Source: an uncultured delta proteobacterium (GTDB lineage: Bacteria > Desulfobacterota > Binatia > HRBIN30 > BPIQ01). From it: a stretch of DNA of 64,000 nt. The position numbers and the translations under genes are program-made. The notes under the pieces are model-generated. The model saw only the letters and a program-made list of their open reading frames with translations. It did not search any database and was not told the DNA's origin. The stretch covers positions 229,684-293,683 of the forward strand of contig CAVXGR010000005.1 of NCBI GenBank assembly GCA_963761335.1, given 5' to 3'. Below, piece after piece: positions 48,971-58,408 of the stretch (position 1 is its first letter; each line of letters starts with the position of its first letter).

Positions 48971-49891
48971 CTATTTCACTGCCAGAGGGTTGAGGGGTGA
49001 GCCGACGCCGCCGGTCACCTTGAGGGGCGGCGCGCTGAAGAGAAACTCGTAGACGCCGTCGGCGGCGCAGTCGGCGGCGAGATCGCCGAGGTCGAACATC
49101 TCGCCCAGCGTCAGACCCATGTCGCGGATGCACAGCAGGTGGAGCGGCAGCGGCGTGCTGGCGTCCTCGAAGGGAATCACCTCGACGGCGTTGGTGTCGC
49201 TCGCCACGGCCGCCACCTCGCGGGCGTGCAGCCACTCGGCGCAGGCGACCCCGAGACCGGGCATCTGGCGCATGTAGCCGACGCGGTCTCCATCCTTCTT
49301 GAAGACGTCGAGGTGGCCGGTGCGAATGAGCAGGACGTCGCCGGACTCGGCGCGGACGCCGGCGGCGCGCTCGGCGGTCTCGAGATCACCGGGACCGATG
49401 ACGCGGCCGGGCGGCAGTCGATCGACGCCGGCGGCGCGGGCGAGGTCGAGGAGCACGCCGCGGGAGACGATGCCGGCGCCCACCTTGTCGATGCCGTTGC
49501 GGGCCGCCCCGGCGGGCGTGATCGTCGAGGCGGGATAGCCGTTGTAGAGCTGTCCGCCGTAGTGGACGTGCGCCAGGCTGTCCCACTGGGTGGCGCACTG
49601 CAGCGGCATGACGACGACGTCGTCGGAGTAGCGGAAGCCCTCCGGGTCGGGACCGATCTGTCCGGCCACGGCGCTCATCAGGTGCAGTGGGTTGACGCGC
49701 CCGCCCTGGCCGATCTGGGGCCCCTCGGCGCCGAAGTTGAGACCGAGGCTGAAGACGTCGCCGCGCTTCACGCGGGCGGCGCCGCGCCGCACCACCTCCG
49801 GGGTGATGAAGTTGAGAGTGCCGCGCTCGTCGTCCGCGCCCCAGCGCCCCCAGTTCGAGACCCTCTTCGCGAGAGCGCGTACCTTCTCCAT
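48971..49891 (-). CDS. putative cyclase family protein (kynurenine-formamidase-like fold)
   Basis: 306 aa. Pattern ..HVHYGGQLYNGY.. and ..DLLIRTGH.. is typical of the putative-cyclase family. Last gene of the tetR-P450-fdx operon. Confidence 0.6.
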   Translation of the reverse strand: MEKVRALAKRVSNWGRWGADDERGTLNFITPEVVRRGAARVKRGDVFSLGLNFGAEGPQIGQGGRVNPLHLMSAVAGQIGPDPEGFRYSDDVVVMPLQCATQWDSLAHVHYGGQLYNGYPASTITPAGAARNGIDKVGAGIVSRGVLLDLARAAGVDRLPPGRVIGPGDLETAERAAGVRAESGDVLLIRTGHLDVFKKDGDRVGYMRQMPGLGVACAEWLHAREVAAVASDTNAVEVIPFEDASTPLPLHLLCIRDMGLTLGEMFDLGDLAADCAADGVYEFLFSAPPLKVTGGVGSPLNPLAVK

Positions 49892-49907
49892 GGTTGCCGG
49901 CGCCGCC

Positions 49908-50102
49908 TCAGTCTTCGACGATCGAGAGCGCCTGGCGCGGGCAGAGCCGCACCGCTTCCTCCACCTTGCTGCGCAGAGACTCGGGCGGTCGCTCCTGCTT
50001 GAGATGGGCCTTGTCGTCGTCCTCGACGACGAAGACCTCGGGCGCCGCCTTCTGGCACTTCGCGTTTCCCTCACACAGATCGTAATCGACCACGACTCTC
50101 AT
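49908..50102 (-). CDS. small [3Fe-4S]/[4Fe-4S] ferredoxin, P450 redox partner type
   Basis: 64 aa. C-x5-C ... CP cluster ligands (DLCEGNAKC .. LCPRQA). Immediately downstream of the P450. Confidence 0.75.
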   Translation of the reverse strand: MRVVVDYDLCEGNAKCQKAAPEVFVVEDDDKAHLKQERPPESLRSKVEEAVRLCPRQALSIVED

Positions 50103-50156
50103 AGAAGCCCTCTCTCGAATGGAAGTGGCCTAAATTTGCGCGTGCGGAGCCCGGCG

Positions 50157-51368
50157 TCAACCCGCCGCCGGCGTGAAGCGCACCGGCATCCGCTTGATTC
50201 CGGCGATGAAGTTGGAGCGCAGGCGCGCCACCGGCCCGGCCAGCTCGATGTCGGGGAGACGGCGCAGCAGCTCCGCGAACATGAGGCGGATCTCCAGGCG
50301 CGCCAGATTGGAGCCGAGGCAGAAGTGCTCGCCGATGCCGAAGGCGAGGTGGTTGTTGGGCGTGCGGCCGACGTCGAAGTGGTCGGGTGCCGCGAAGACG
50401 TCCTCGTCGCGGTTGGCGGAGATGTAGTAGATCACCACCTTGTCGCCCTCGCGGATCCGGTGGCCGCGCAGCTCGGTGTCGCGGGTCGCGGTGCGGCGGA
50501 AGTGGGTCACCGGGGAAACCCAGCGCAGCATTTCCTCGACGGTGGTGTCGATGAGCGACGGATCGGCGAGCAGGCGGGCGCGCTGCTCGGGGTGCTCGAT
50601 GAGCGCCAGCATACCGCCGGAGATGAGGTTGCGGGTGGTTTCGTTGCCGGCCACGGCGAGCAGCAGGAAGAAGAGGTCGAACTCGAGCTCGCTGAGCTGC
50701 TGGCCGTCCACCTCGCCGTTCATCAGCACGCTCACCAGGTCGTCGCCGGGGTGCTGGCGCCGCTCGATGGCGAGCTGGTTGGCGTAGACGTACATCTCGG
50801 TGGCGGCGATCTTGCCGTCCTCCAACGAGGTCTGGAACTCCGGGTCGTCGAAGCCGATCAGCCGATTGCTCCACTCGAACAGCTTGTGCCGATCCTCCAG
50901 CGGGATTCCCATCATCTCGGCGATGACCTGCAGCGGCAGCTCGCAGGCGATGTCGGCGACGAAGTCGCACTCGCCGCGCGCCGCCACCTTGTCGACGATG
51001 AGGCGCGCCTGCTCGCGAATGCGGGGCTCGAGGCGGCTGATCATGCGCGGCGTGAAGCCGCGGCTCACCAGCGAGCGCAGCTTGGTGTGCTTCGGCGGGT
51101 CCTGATTGAGCATCATCAGCTGCATCTGTTGCAGGTCCTCCTCCGCCGGCTCGAAGAGGAAGGTCGCCCGGCGCTCGGAGGAGAAGGTGCGGGGATCGCG
51201 AGACACGGTGATGACGTCGGCGTGCTTGGTGACCGCCCAGAAGCCGGGTCCCTGCGGGTCGGGATGCCAGAACACCGGCGCCTCGGCGCGCAGGCGCGCG
51301 AAGGCGGCGTGCGGCACGCCCTTCTCCCAGAGGTCCTGGCTGTAGAGATCGATGTCGGACAGGCTCAT
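50157..51368 (-). CDS. cytochrome P450 monooxygenase
   Basis: Haem-thiolate loop FGIGEHFCLG. EEMLRW (ExxR). I-helix AGNETT. Confidence 0.9.
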   Translation of the reverse strand: MSLSDIDLYSQDLWEKGVPHAAFARLRAEAPVFWHPDPQGPGFWAVTKHADVITVSRDPRTFSSERRATFLFEPAEEDLQQMQLMMLNQDPPKHTKLRSLVSRGFTPRMISRLEPRIREQARLIVDKVAARGECDFVADIACELPLQVIAEMMGIPLEDRHKLFEWSNRLIGFDDPEFQTSLEDGKIAATEMYVYANQLAIERRQHPGDDLVSVLMNGEVDGQQLSELEFDLFFLLLAVAGNETTRNLISGGMLALIEHPEQRARLLADPSLIDTTVEEMLRWVSPVTHFRRTATRDTELRGHRIREGDKVVIYYISANRDEDVFAAPDHFDVGRTPNNHLAFGIGEHFCLGSNLARLEIRLMFAELLRRLPDIELAGPVARLRSNFIAGIKRMPVRFTPAAG

Positions 51369-51410
51369 GGTCGGATCTCCCGCAGTGCGGCCCGCGGCGT
51401 TGCCGCCGGC

Positions 51411-52088
51411 TCAGCGCCTGCGCACGGCGCGCGGCCGCGCTCGGCCGGCGCCGAGAAGCTCCGCCACGGCGGTCTTGAGGAAGCGGCGTTGCCGTTGCAG
51501 CGCTGCGGGATCGAGGGGATCGCCCTGCATCACCGTCTGCAGGAGCTTGGCGTTGGCGAAGTAGCCGAAGATCAGCAGGTAGAGGCCGGCGGCGAGGTGC
51601 GGCAGCTCCTCCGCCGTCCACGGCCCGCCGCTGCTGGCCAGCACCTGCACGCCTTCGGCGTAGACGGGCCGCAGGAGCCGGGTGATGGTGCTGCGCAGGT
51701 AGCGGCTGTCGTCGAGCGCGGCGCGCTGGATCAGCCGCGGCAGCTGCGGATGCTCGACCAGGTAATCGAACATGCGGTCGAGGAAGTGATCGACGACGCC
51801 CGCCTCGACGGCGGCGCCGCTCCCCTTCTCGGCATCGACGCGGGCGCTCTCCGCCACCAGCTCGAGAACCGGATCGAGGCCGCGCGCTAGCGCCGCCTCG
51901 TAGAGCGCCCGCTTGTTGCGGAAATGGTTGTAGAGGCTGGCCTGGTTCTTCAGCCCCGCCTCGGCGGCGATGCCGCGCACCGAGACCCCGGCGAAGCCGC
52001 TCTCCGCGAAGCGCCGCTCCGCGGCGTCGAGGATCAGATCCCGCGTCGACCGCGCCTCGGCCTTGCGCGCCGCGCCGCTGCCAGCCAT
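51411..52088 (-). CDS. TetR/AcrR-family transcriptional regulator
   Basis: N-terminal HTH (GFAGVSVRGIAAEAGLKNQASLYNHFRNKRALY). First gene of the P450 operon. Confidence 0.85.
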   Translation of the reverse strand: MAGSGAARKAEARSTRDLILDAAERRFAESGFAGVSVRGIAAEAGLKNQASLYNHFRNKRALYEAALARGLDPVLELVAESARVDAEKGSGAAVEAGVVDHFLDRMFDYLVEHPQLPRLIQRAALDDSRYLRSTITRLLRPVYAEGVQVLASSGGPWTAEELPHLAAGLYLLIFGYFANAKLLQTVMQGDPLDPAALQRQRRFLKTAVAELLGAGRARPRAVRRR

Positions 52089-52096
52089 GCGCCCTG

Positions 52097-52122
52097 TTAC
52101 AAAACAAACGTTTGTTCGTCAA
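52097..52122 (-). promoter_or_regulatory. tetR promoter/operator: TTGACG -35 box immediately followed by the perfect palindrome AACAAACGTTTGTT
   Basis: Palindrome at 52103-52116, 15 nt upstream of the tetR ATG (52088). Same sequence and architecture as 14455-14474. Confidence 0.55.
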
Positions 52123-52125
52123 GCC

Positions 52126-52322
52126 GCCAAGGCGAACCGCAGAGGCGCCGAGGGTGCAGAGAAAGGACACCGCCACGATCCGTTACCGGCGTCCCTTCGC
52201 CTGGGGCGTTGCCCCAGGCTGTTGAATTGCGCCCATTCGGGGCTGGAGTGGTCCGAATCTCCCTCGGCGTCCTTGGCGAGCTTCTCCTCTGCGCCCTCGG
52301 CGCCTTGGCGGTTCGCCTTGGC
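52126..52322. repeat. 36-bp imperfect inverted repeat (33/36 matching) flanking a structured segment of about 125 bp in the tetR-dxs intergenic region
   Basis: GCCAAGGCGAACCGCAGAGGCGCCGAGGGTGCAGAG versus CTCTGCGCCCTCGGCGCCTTGGCGGTTCGCCTTGGC. Internal hairpin CCTGGGGcgttgCCCCAGG. Confidence 0.5.
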
Positions 52323-52411
52323 GGCTCTTTGCACCGGTTCTGCACGATCTCTCTGCTGGAATTCCTCGCCGCGGCTCTGCAGTCGTCAAACTCGTATGCT
52401 CTTCTGGGGGC

Positions 52412-54241
52412 ATGAAAGATCAGCTCTCCGCCGCGACCCGTCTGGCTCCGGATGTCTCGCCGCCGCTGCCGGCTCTCGAATATCTGCGGGGGCCGGAGGA
52501 CGTCAGGCGGCTGTCGCCGGCGCAGCTGCAGAGGCTCGCCGAGGAGATGCGCGAGTTTCTCATCGACGCGGTCACCCGCATCGGCGGGCACCTCGGGGCC
52601 GGGCTCGGCGTCGTCGAGCTGACCATCGCGCTGTTCGCCGAGCTCGATCTGAACGATGGCGACAAGCTGGTGTGGGACGTCGGCCACCAGTGCTATCCGC
52701 ACAAGCTGCTCACCGGGCGGGCTCGCGGTTTCGAGTCGCTGCGCCGCCGCGGCGGCATGTCGGGCTTTCCGGATCCGCGCGAGTCGAGCTGGGACACGGT
52801 GAAGACCGGGCACGGGGGCACCAGCATCTCCACCGCCGCCGGCTTCGCCCTCGCCTGGAAGCACGCCGGAGCAGACCCGGAACGGCGCGCCGTGGCGGTG
52901 ATCGGCGACGGCGCCCTGCAGGAAGGCAGCGCCTACGAGGCGCTGCATCACGCCGGCAGCATTGCCGACCTGCCGCTGATCGTCGTCCTCAACGACAACG
53001 GCATGTCGATCAGCCCCAGCGCCGGGGCTCTTCCCGGCCTTCTCGATCGGCAGGGCCGCTCGGGCGGCGACAACTTCTTCGAGCAGCTCGGCTTCCGCTA
53101 CTGCGGTCCGTTCGACGGTCACGACATCGAGGCCGTGCGCCGGGCGCTGCGCACCGCCCGCTGCGAGCCGGGGCCGGTGGTGCTGCACCTGCTGACTCGC
53201 AAGGGACGCGGCTACCGCGACGGCGAGCCCGAGCACACCTGCTATCACGCCGTCTCCGCCGCGGGCGGTGGCGCTGTCGAGTATCCGCAGCAGGGCGGGC
53301 CGAGCTTCACTGCGGCGTTTGCCGACGCCGCCATCGCCATGGCGGAGGAGGATCCGCGCCTGGTGGTGGTCACCGCGGCGATGCTCGAAGGGACCGGGCT
53401 GGTGAAGTTCCAGCGGCGCTTCCCGGATCGCTGCCACGACGTCGGCATGGCGGAGCAGCACGCCGTGGCGCTGGCGGCCGGCTTGGCGCTCGCCGGCCGG
53501 CGGCCGATCTGCGCCATCTACTCGACCTTCCTGCAGCGCGCCTACGACCAGGTGTTCCAGGAGGTGGCGCTGCAGCGCGCCCGGGTTCTCTTCTGTCTCG
53601 ACCGCGGCGGCCTGGTGGGCTCCGACGGCGCCACTCACAACGGCGTCTTCGACGTCGGCTATCTCCGCTGCCTGCCGAACCTGGCGCTGATGGCGCCGCG
53701 CGACATCGGCGAGCTGGCGCAGATGATGCGCCTCGCCTGGGAATGGGATGGACCGGTGGCCATCCGTTTCCCGCGCGGCAGCGGCGCGCGGCCGGAGTGG
53801 CAGCTGCCGCATGCGCCGCTCACCTTCGGCCGCGCCGAGCGCGTCGCCCCGGGGGAGGACGGGTGCATCCTCGCCTACGGGGCGATGACCTATGCGGCCC
53901 TGGAAGTACGGCGGCGCCTGCTCGCCGAGAGCGGCGTGCGGCTGGCCGTGGTCAACGCGCGCTTCGCCAAGCCTCTCGACGAGGACCTGATCGCCGAGGA
54001 GCTACAGCGGCAGCCGGTGGTCTTCACCCTCGAGGATCACGCCCTCAGCTGCGGCTTCGGCGCCGCCGTCGCCGAGCTGGCGCACACCCGCCTGTCGGGG
54101 CAGATGGACAGCGGCCGCCTCTGCCTCCTCGGTATTCCCGATCGCTTCTTCGACCACGCCGAGCGCGCCGAGCAGCTCGAGGAGGCCGAGCTTGGTGTCG
54201 ATCAGATCAAGGGGCGGGTTGTTAGGTTGTTAGGTTGTTAG
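52412..54241 (+). CDS. dxs: 1-deoxy-D-xylulose-5-phosphate synthase
   Basis: TPP-binding GDGALQEGSAYEAL plus transketolase-like pyrimidine and C-terminal domains. The last 8 codons and the stop are encoded by the octamer repeat array. Confidence 0.9.
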   Translation: MKDQLSAATRLAPDVSPPLPALEYLRGPEDVRRLSPAQLQRLAEEMREFLIDAVTRIGGHLGAGLGVVELTIALFAELDLNDGDKLVWDVGHQCYPHKLLTGRARGFESLRRRGGMSGFPDPRESSWDTVKTGHGGTSISTAAGFALAWKHAGADPERRAVAVIGDGALQEGSAYEALHHAGSIADLPLIVVLNDNGMSISPSAGALPGLLDRQGRSGGDNFFEQLGFRYCGPFDGHDIEAVRRALRTARCEPGPVVLHLLTRKGRGYRDGEPEHTCYHAVSAAGGGAVEYPQQGGPSFTAAFADAAIAMAEEDPRLVVVTAAMLEGTGLVKFQRRFPDRCHDVGMAEQHAVALAAGLALAGRRPICAIYSTFLQRAYDQVFQEVALQRARVLFCLDRGGLVGSDGATHNGVFDVGYLRCLPNLALMAPRDIGELAQMMRLAWEWDGPVAIRFPRGSGARPEWQLPHAPLTFGRAERVAPGEDGCILAYGAMTYAALEVRRRLLAESGVRLAVVNARFAKPLDEDLIAEELQRQPVVFTLEDHALSCGFGAAVAELAHTRLSGQMDSGRLCLLGIPDRFFDHAERAEQLEEAELGVDQIKGRVVRLLGC

Positions 54242-54460
54242 GTTGTTAGGTTGTTAGGTTGTTAGGTTGTTAGGTTGTTAGGTTGTTAGGTTGTTAGGTT
54301 GTTAGGTTGTTAGGTTGTTAGGTTGTTAGGTTGTTAGGTTGTTAGGTTGTTAGGTTGTTAGGTTGTTAGGTTGTTAGGTTGTTAGGTTGTCAGCTCAGTC
54401 GTTGAAGAGGGTTCATCCGTACCTAACAACCAACAACTCAACAACTTAACAACCTGCCCT
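54225..54460. repeat. tandem array of about 22 copies of the octamer GGTTGTTA, followed after a spacer by about 4 inverted copies (TAACAACC-like)
   Basis: Read directly from the sequence. The dxs stop codon TAG lies in the third unit. The 3' inverted copies can pair with the array to form a hairpin. Confidence 0.9.
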
Positions 54461-54510
54461 CAAGAACAATCAGGCTTGACTGTTTGTTTGTGATTCGCTA
54501 GCTTCACCGG

Positions 54511-55146
54511 ATGCCGATCGCAGCAGCGGTGAGGGCGCGGCGCACCCAGGCGGAGCGCAGCGCGGCAATGCAGGCGCGCCTGCTCGACGCGGCGCTCGAC
54601 TGTCTGGTCGAGCACGGCTACGCCGGCACCACCACCACCCTGGTCGCCGAGCGCGCCGGGGTATCCCGCGGCGCCCAGCTGCACCACTACCCGACGCGCG
54701 CCGCGCTGGTCTCCGCCGCCATCGAGCACCTCTTTGCCCGGATGACCGAGGAGTACGTCGACGGCTTCGCCCGCCTCGCCCCGGGCGCCGACCGCCTGCG
54801 CGCCGCCGTCGACATGCTCTGGTCGATGTACGCCAGGCCGCCCTACGCCGCCGTCCTCGACCTCTACATCGCGGCGCGCACCGACGCCGAGCTGCGCGCC
54901 CATCTGAAGCCGATCGCCGAACGCCATCAGGAGAACGTCTTCCGCCTGGCGCGCCGCTACTTTCCCGAGGCGGCGCGCCACAATCCCGATTTCGACGTCA
55001 CCCTGGAGCTGGTTCTCGACGCCATGCAGGGCATGGCGGTGTCGCGCTTCGTGCACGGGCGCGCCGCCGCCGGGGCTCGACGCCTGGAGGCCGTGCAGCA
55101 GATCGCCGCCCGCGCCCTGCGTTTCCGTGTTCCCGGGAGGAAGTGA
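54511..55146 (+). CDS. TetR/AcrR-family transcriptional regulator
   Basis: N-terminal HTH (GYAGTTTTLVAERAGVSRGAQLHHYPTRAAL). The promoter has TTGACT followed by GTTTGTTTG. Confidence 0.85.
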   Translation: MPIAAAVRARRTQAERSAAMQARLLDAALDCLVEHGYAGTTTTLVAERAGVSRGAQLHHYPTRAALVSAAIEHLFARMTEEYVDGFARLAPGADRLRAAVDMLWSMYARPPYAAVLDLYIAARTDAELRAHLKPIAERHQENVFRLARRYFPEAARHNPDFDVTLELVLDAMQGMAVSRFVHGRAAAGARRLEAVQQIAARALRFRVPGRK

Positions 55147-55150
55147 AGCG

Positions 55151-56014
55151 ATGCCCGACCTGACCATCTATGCCATCCCGGCGTTCTTCGCCCTGATGAT
55201 CGCCGAGGGAGTGCTCGCCGGCGCCACCGCCATGCGCGGCTACGAGTCCCGCGACACCGCCGCCAGCCTCGCCATGGGCGTCGGCAACGTGCTCATCGAC
55301 CTGCTGATGAAGGGCGTTCACCTGGCGTTGCTCTTCTGGGTGGCGCAGCACGCCGTGCTTCACCTCGGGCACGCGTGGTGGTCGTGGGTGCTGCTGCTGG
55401 TCGCCGGCGACCTGGTCTACTACTGGTTTCACCGCCTGCACCACGAGGTGCGCTTTCTGTGGGCGGCGCACGTGAATCATCACTCCAGCCAGCGCTACAA
55501 CCTGTCGACGGCGCTGCGGCAGTCGTGGACCACGCCCTTCACCATCATGCTCTTCTGGTGGCCGCTCGCCCTCATCGGCTTCGACCCGCTGATGATCATG
55601 GCGGCCATCGCCATCAACACCGTCTACCAGTTCTGGATCCACACCGAGGCCATCGGCCGGCTGGGCGTGCTCGAATGGGTGCTCAACACCCCGTCGCATC
55701 ACCGCGTCCACCACGGCGCCAACGTCGAGTACCTGGACCGCAACTACGGCGGCATGTTCATCGTCTGGGACTTTCTCTTCGCCAGCTTCGAGCCGGAGCG
55801 GGCCCGGGTGCGCTACGGGCTCACCAAGAACATCGACACCTTCAACCCGGTGAAGATCGCTTTCCACGAGTGGATCGCCATGCTCGGCGACGCCTGGCGC
55901 GCCGATTCCTGGCGCGACCGCATGGCGCATCTGCTCCAGCCCCCCGGCTGGAGCCCCGACGGCTCAACGCTCACCGCCCGCGAAATGCAGGCCGCCCCTA
56001 CCGCTGCCGGGTGA
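55151..56014 (+). CDS. sterol desaturase / fatty-acid hydroxylase superfamily membrane protein
   Basis: Three His boxes: HRLHHE, HVNHHS and HHRVHHG. Start lies 4 nt after the TetR stop. Confidence 0.8.
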   Translation: MPDLTIYAIPAFFALMIAEGVLAGATAMRGYESRDTAASLAMGVGNVLIDLLMKGVHLALLFWVAQHAVLHLGHAWWSWVLLLVAGDLVYYWFHRLHHEVRFLWAAHVNHHSSQRYNLSTALRQSWTTPFTIMLFWWPLALIGFDPLMIMAAIAINTVYQFWIHTEAIGRLGVLEWVLNTPSHHRVHHGANVEYLDRNYGGMFIVWDFLFASFEPERARVRYGLTKNIDTFNPVKIAFHEWIAMLGDAWRADSWRDRMAHLLQPPGWSPDGSTLTAREMQAAPTAAG

Positions 56015-56039
56015 AAGGGGACAGTGCGTCATGAGCCTG

Positions 56040-56710
56040 CGGCTCACCAGCAGACGATGAAGATGAGGCTGGGGATCTGCCCCGTAGAGAGATTTGGCGG
56101 TTCTCGCCTGGGCGAAGTTCGCCCCGGAGGGGCGGTGGCGTGTAGCCCCGGATGAAACCCGGGGAAAAATGCGCGCTCCGTCATAGGCGCCCCGCCAGGG
56201 GGCGCGGGCAGATTTTCGTCGATGTCGCGCCTGTACGCCGATGATCACCGCTGGGTGCGTGGGAAGCTCATCAACGTGATTCACGCGGCCCCTACGCCTG
56301 CGCCCCTCCGGGGCGCTGATCTGGGCAATCGGAACGCGGTCCCCGGGTTGGCACCCGGGGAAAAATGCGCGCTCCGTCATAGGCGCCCCGCCAGGGGCGC
56401 GGGCAGATTTTCGTCGATGTCGCGCCTGTACGCCGATGATCACCGCTGGGTGCGTGGGAAGCTCATCAACGTGATTCACGCGGCCCCTACGCCTGCGCCC
56501 CTCCGGGGCGCTGATCTGGGCAATCGGAACGCGGTCCCCGGGTTGGCACCCGGGGCTACATGCCCGCGCCCCTCCGGGGCGATAATCTCCACCCCAAGCG
56601 CCGGGGCTCCGAGAGACCCTCCGGGGCGATAAGCCTCCACCCCAGCGCCGGGACTCCGCCAGACCTTCACCCAATAGATTTTCGAAGCAGGCTACTTTTG
56701 CGGCTCGAGG
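56040..56710. repeat. family-B MITE-like element in reverse orientation with an internal tandem duplication of about 205 bp
   Basis: 56150-56350 and 56355-56560 are near-identical. The ends match the reverse complement of the 35600-36010 ends. Confidence 0.7.
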
Positions 56711-56760
56711 TCGGGTGAGAGCAACAATCTCGCGTGCAAAAGTTGCCTGTCCCCAGCCCC

Positions 56761-58188
56761 TCAGCCCCAGATGGGCGGGCGGCGGTCGCGCCAGGGGCGG
56801 GCCTCTTCGAGCTGCGCCGCCAGGCGGAAGAGCGTCGCCTCGTCGCCGAAGCGGCCGGTGAACATGAGGCCGACGGGAAGGCCGTCGGCGGTCCAGTGCA
56901 ACGGCAGCGAGATCGCCGGCTGGCCGGTGGCGTTCTGCATCGGCGTGAAGGGCACGTACTCCATCACCGGGGCCATCGCCTTCATCGGGTCCTTCTCCTG
57001 GATGTCGATCGTGCCGAGGCGAATCGGCGGCGATGCCAGCGTCGGCGTCAGCCAGCAGTCATAGGTCTGGTGGAAGCGCGCGATCTGGCGCGAGGCCATC
57101 TGCAGCATCGCCATCGAAAGATGATACTGGCTCGCGGGCACCTGCTTCCCCTGCTGATAGAGGGCCCAGGTGAGCCCCTCGAAGTCCCCTTCGCTCGGCG
57201 TGCGGCCGTTCATGAGACCGAAGCCCTCGATCATCGCGGCGTGAGCCGAGAGGAAGACGGAGAGGAAGGCGCCGCTGAGCATGCCGACGTCGACCGGCGG
57301 AGACGACTCCTCGAGCGTGTGTCCCAGCTCCTCGAGCAGCTTGGCGGTCGACTCCACGGCGGCGACGCACTCCGGGTGCAGGGCCGCGCCACTCGGTGAT
57401 CGCGTCGCGAAGGCGATGCGCAGGCGGCCGGGCGGCGTTCCGGTCTCCTCGAGGAACGGCCGCTTCACCGGCGGCGCCCAGTACGGATCGCCGGGCTCGG
57501 GGCCGTGGGTGCAGTCGAGGGCGGCGGCGCTGTCGCGAACCGTGCGGCTGACGACACCCTCGACGACAATGCCGCCGGCGAAGTCGCCGATGTCCGGCCC
57601 CATCGGGTTGCGGGCCCGCGTCGGCTTGAGACCGACGAGACCGCAGCACGATGCCGGAATGCGAATCGAGCCGCCGCCGTCATTGGCGTGCGCCAGCGGG
57701 ACGATCCCCGCAGCCACGGCGGCGGCGGAGCCGCCACTGGATCCGCCGGTCGAGTGATCGGGGTTCCACGGATTGCGTGCCGGCCCGTAGAGCGCCGACT
57801 CGGTGGTCGGCAGGATGCCGCATTCGGGCGCGTTGGTCTTGCCCAGCGGAATTAGGCCCGCCGCCTTGAAGCGCACCACCAGCGTATCGTCGCGGTGCGC
57901 CGGCACTCCCACCATGAAGCGGCAGGCCGACGCCGTCGGCACGCCCTCGAGGTTGCCGAGGATGTCCTTGAGGAGAAACGGCACACCGCCGAAGGCGCCG
58001 TTCGCCGGTTGCGCCGCGGCGCTGCGGGCGCGGTCGTAGATCTTGTAGACGACCGCGTTCAGCTGCGGGTTGTGTCGCTCGATGCGCGCAATCGCCTCAT
58101 CGACGAGCTCGGCAGGAGTGACCTCGCCGCGGCGCACGAGATCCGCGAGGCCGAGGCCGTCATGGGCGGCATATTCGGAAAAGGACAT
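56761..58188 (-). CDS. amidase (amidase-signature family)
   Basis: [14 protein letters not shown] amidase-signature motif and Ser-cisSer-Lys context. 475 aa from MSFSEY. Confidence 0.85.
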   Translation of the reverse strand: MSFSEYAAHDGLGLADLVRRGEVTPAELVDEAIARIERHNPQLNAVVYKIYDRARSAAAQPANGAFGGVPFLLKDILGNLEGVPTASACRFMVGVPAHRDDTLVVRFKAAGLIPLGKTNAPECGILPTTESALYGPARNPWNPDHSTGGSSGGSAAAVAAGIVPLAHANDGGGSIRIPASCCGLVGLKPTRARNPMGPDIGDFAGGIVVEGVVSRTVRDSAAALDCTHGPEPGDPYWAPPVKRPFLEETGTPPGRLRIAFATRSPSGAALHPECVAAVESTAKLLEELGHTLEESSPPVDVGMLSGAFLSVFLSAHAAMIEGFGLMNGRTPSEGDFEGLTWALYQQGKQVPASQYHLSMAMLQMASRQIARFHQTYDCWLTPTLASPPIRLGTIDIQEKDPMKAMAPVMEYVPFTPMQNATGQPAISLPLHWTADGLPVGLMFTGRFGDEATLFRLAAQLEEARPWRDRRPPIWG

Positions 58189-58408
58189 GCGCGCACGATT
58201 AGCGCCGCGGCCGCCGCGGTTCAATGGCGGAGGAGAGCCGAGGGGGACTGGCTCCTCTTCGGCTCGAGTGGCGCACTTCGAACGGCGTGTCGCTCGCCGC
58301 CGAAGAGGTGCCTGTCCCCCACCGCCGCGCGCCGCTGGGGACAGGCAACTCTTGCCGTCGGAGGGCGGCAGTTTTCCCGTTTGGTGGTGGCCGGCAAAGT
58401 AGCCTGCT

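Noticed and set aside
52097-53812. 571-aa minus-strand ORF
   Set aside because: Antisense to dxs. Low-complexity translation.
54225-54460. Possible CRISPR array
   Set aside because: The 8-bp units are contiguous with no spacers, so this is a simple tandem repeat and not CRISPR.
56222-56632. 136-aa ORF with repeated peptide MSRLYADDHRWVRGKLINVIHAAPTPAPLRGADLG (also at 35606-35908 and 58500-58709)
   Set aside because: It lies entirely inside copies of the family-B repeat. The peptide conservation simply mirrors DNA identity. There is no start context or domain.
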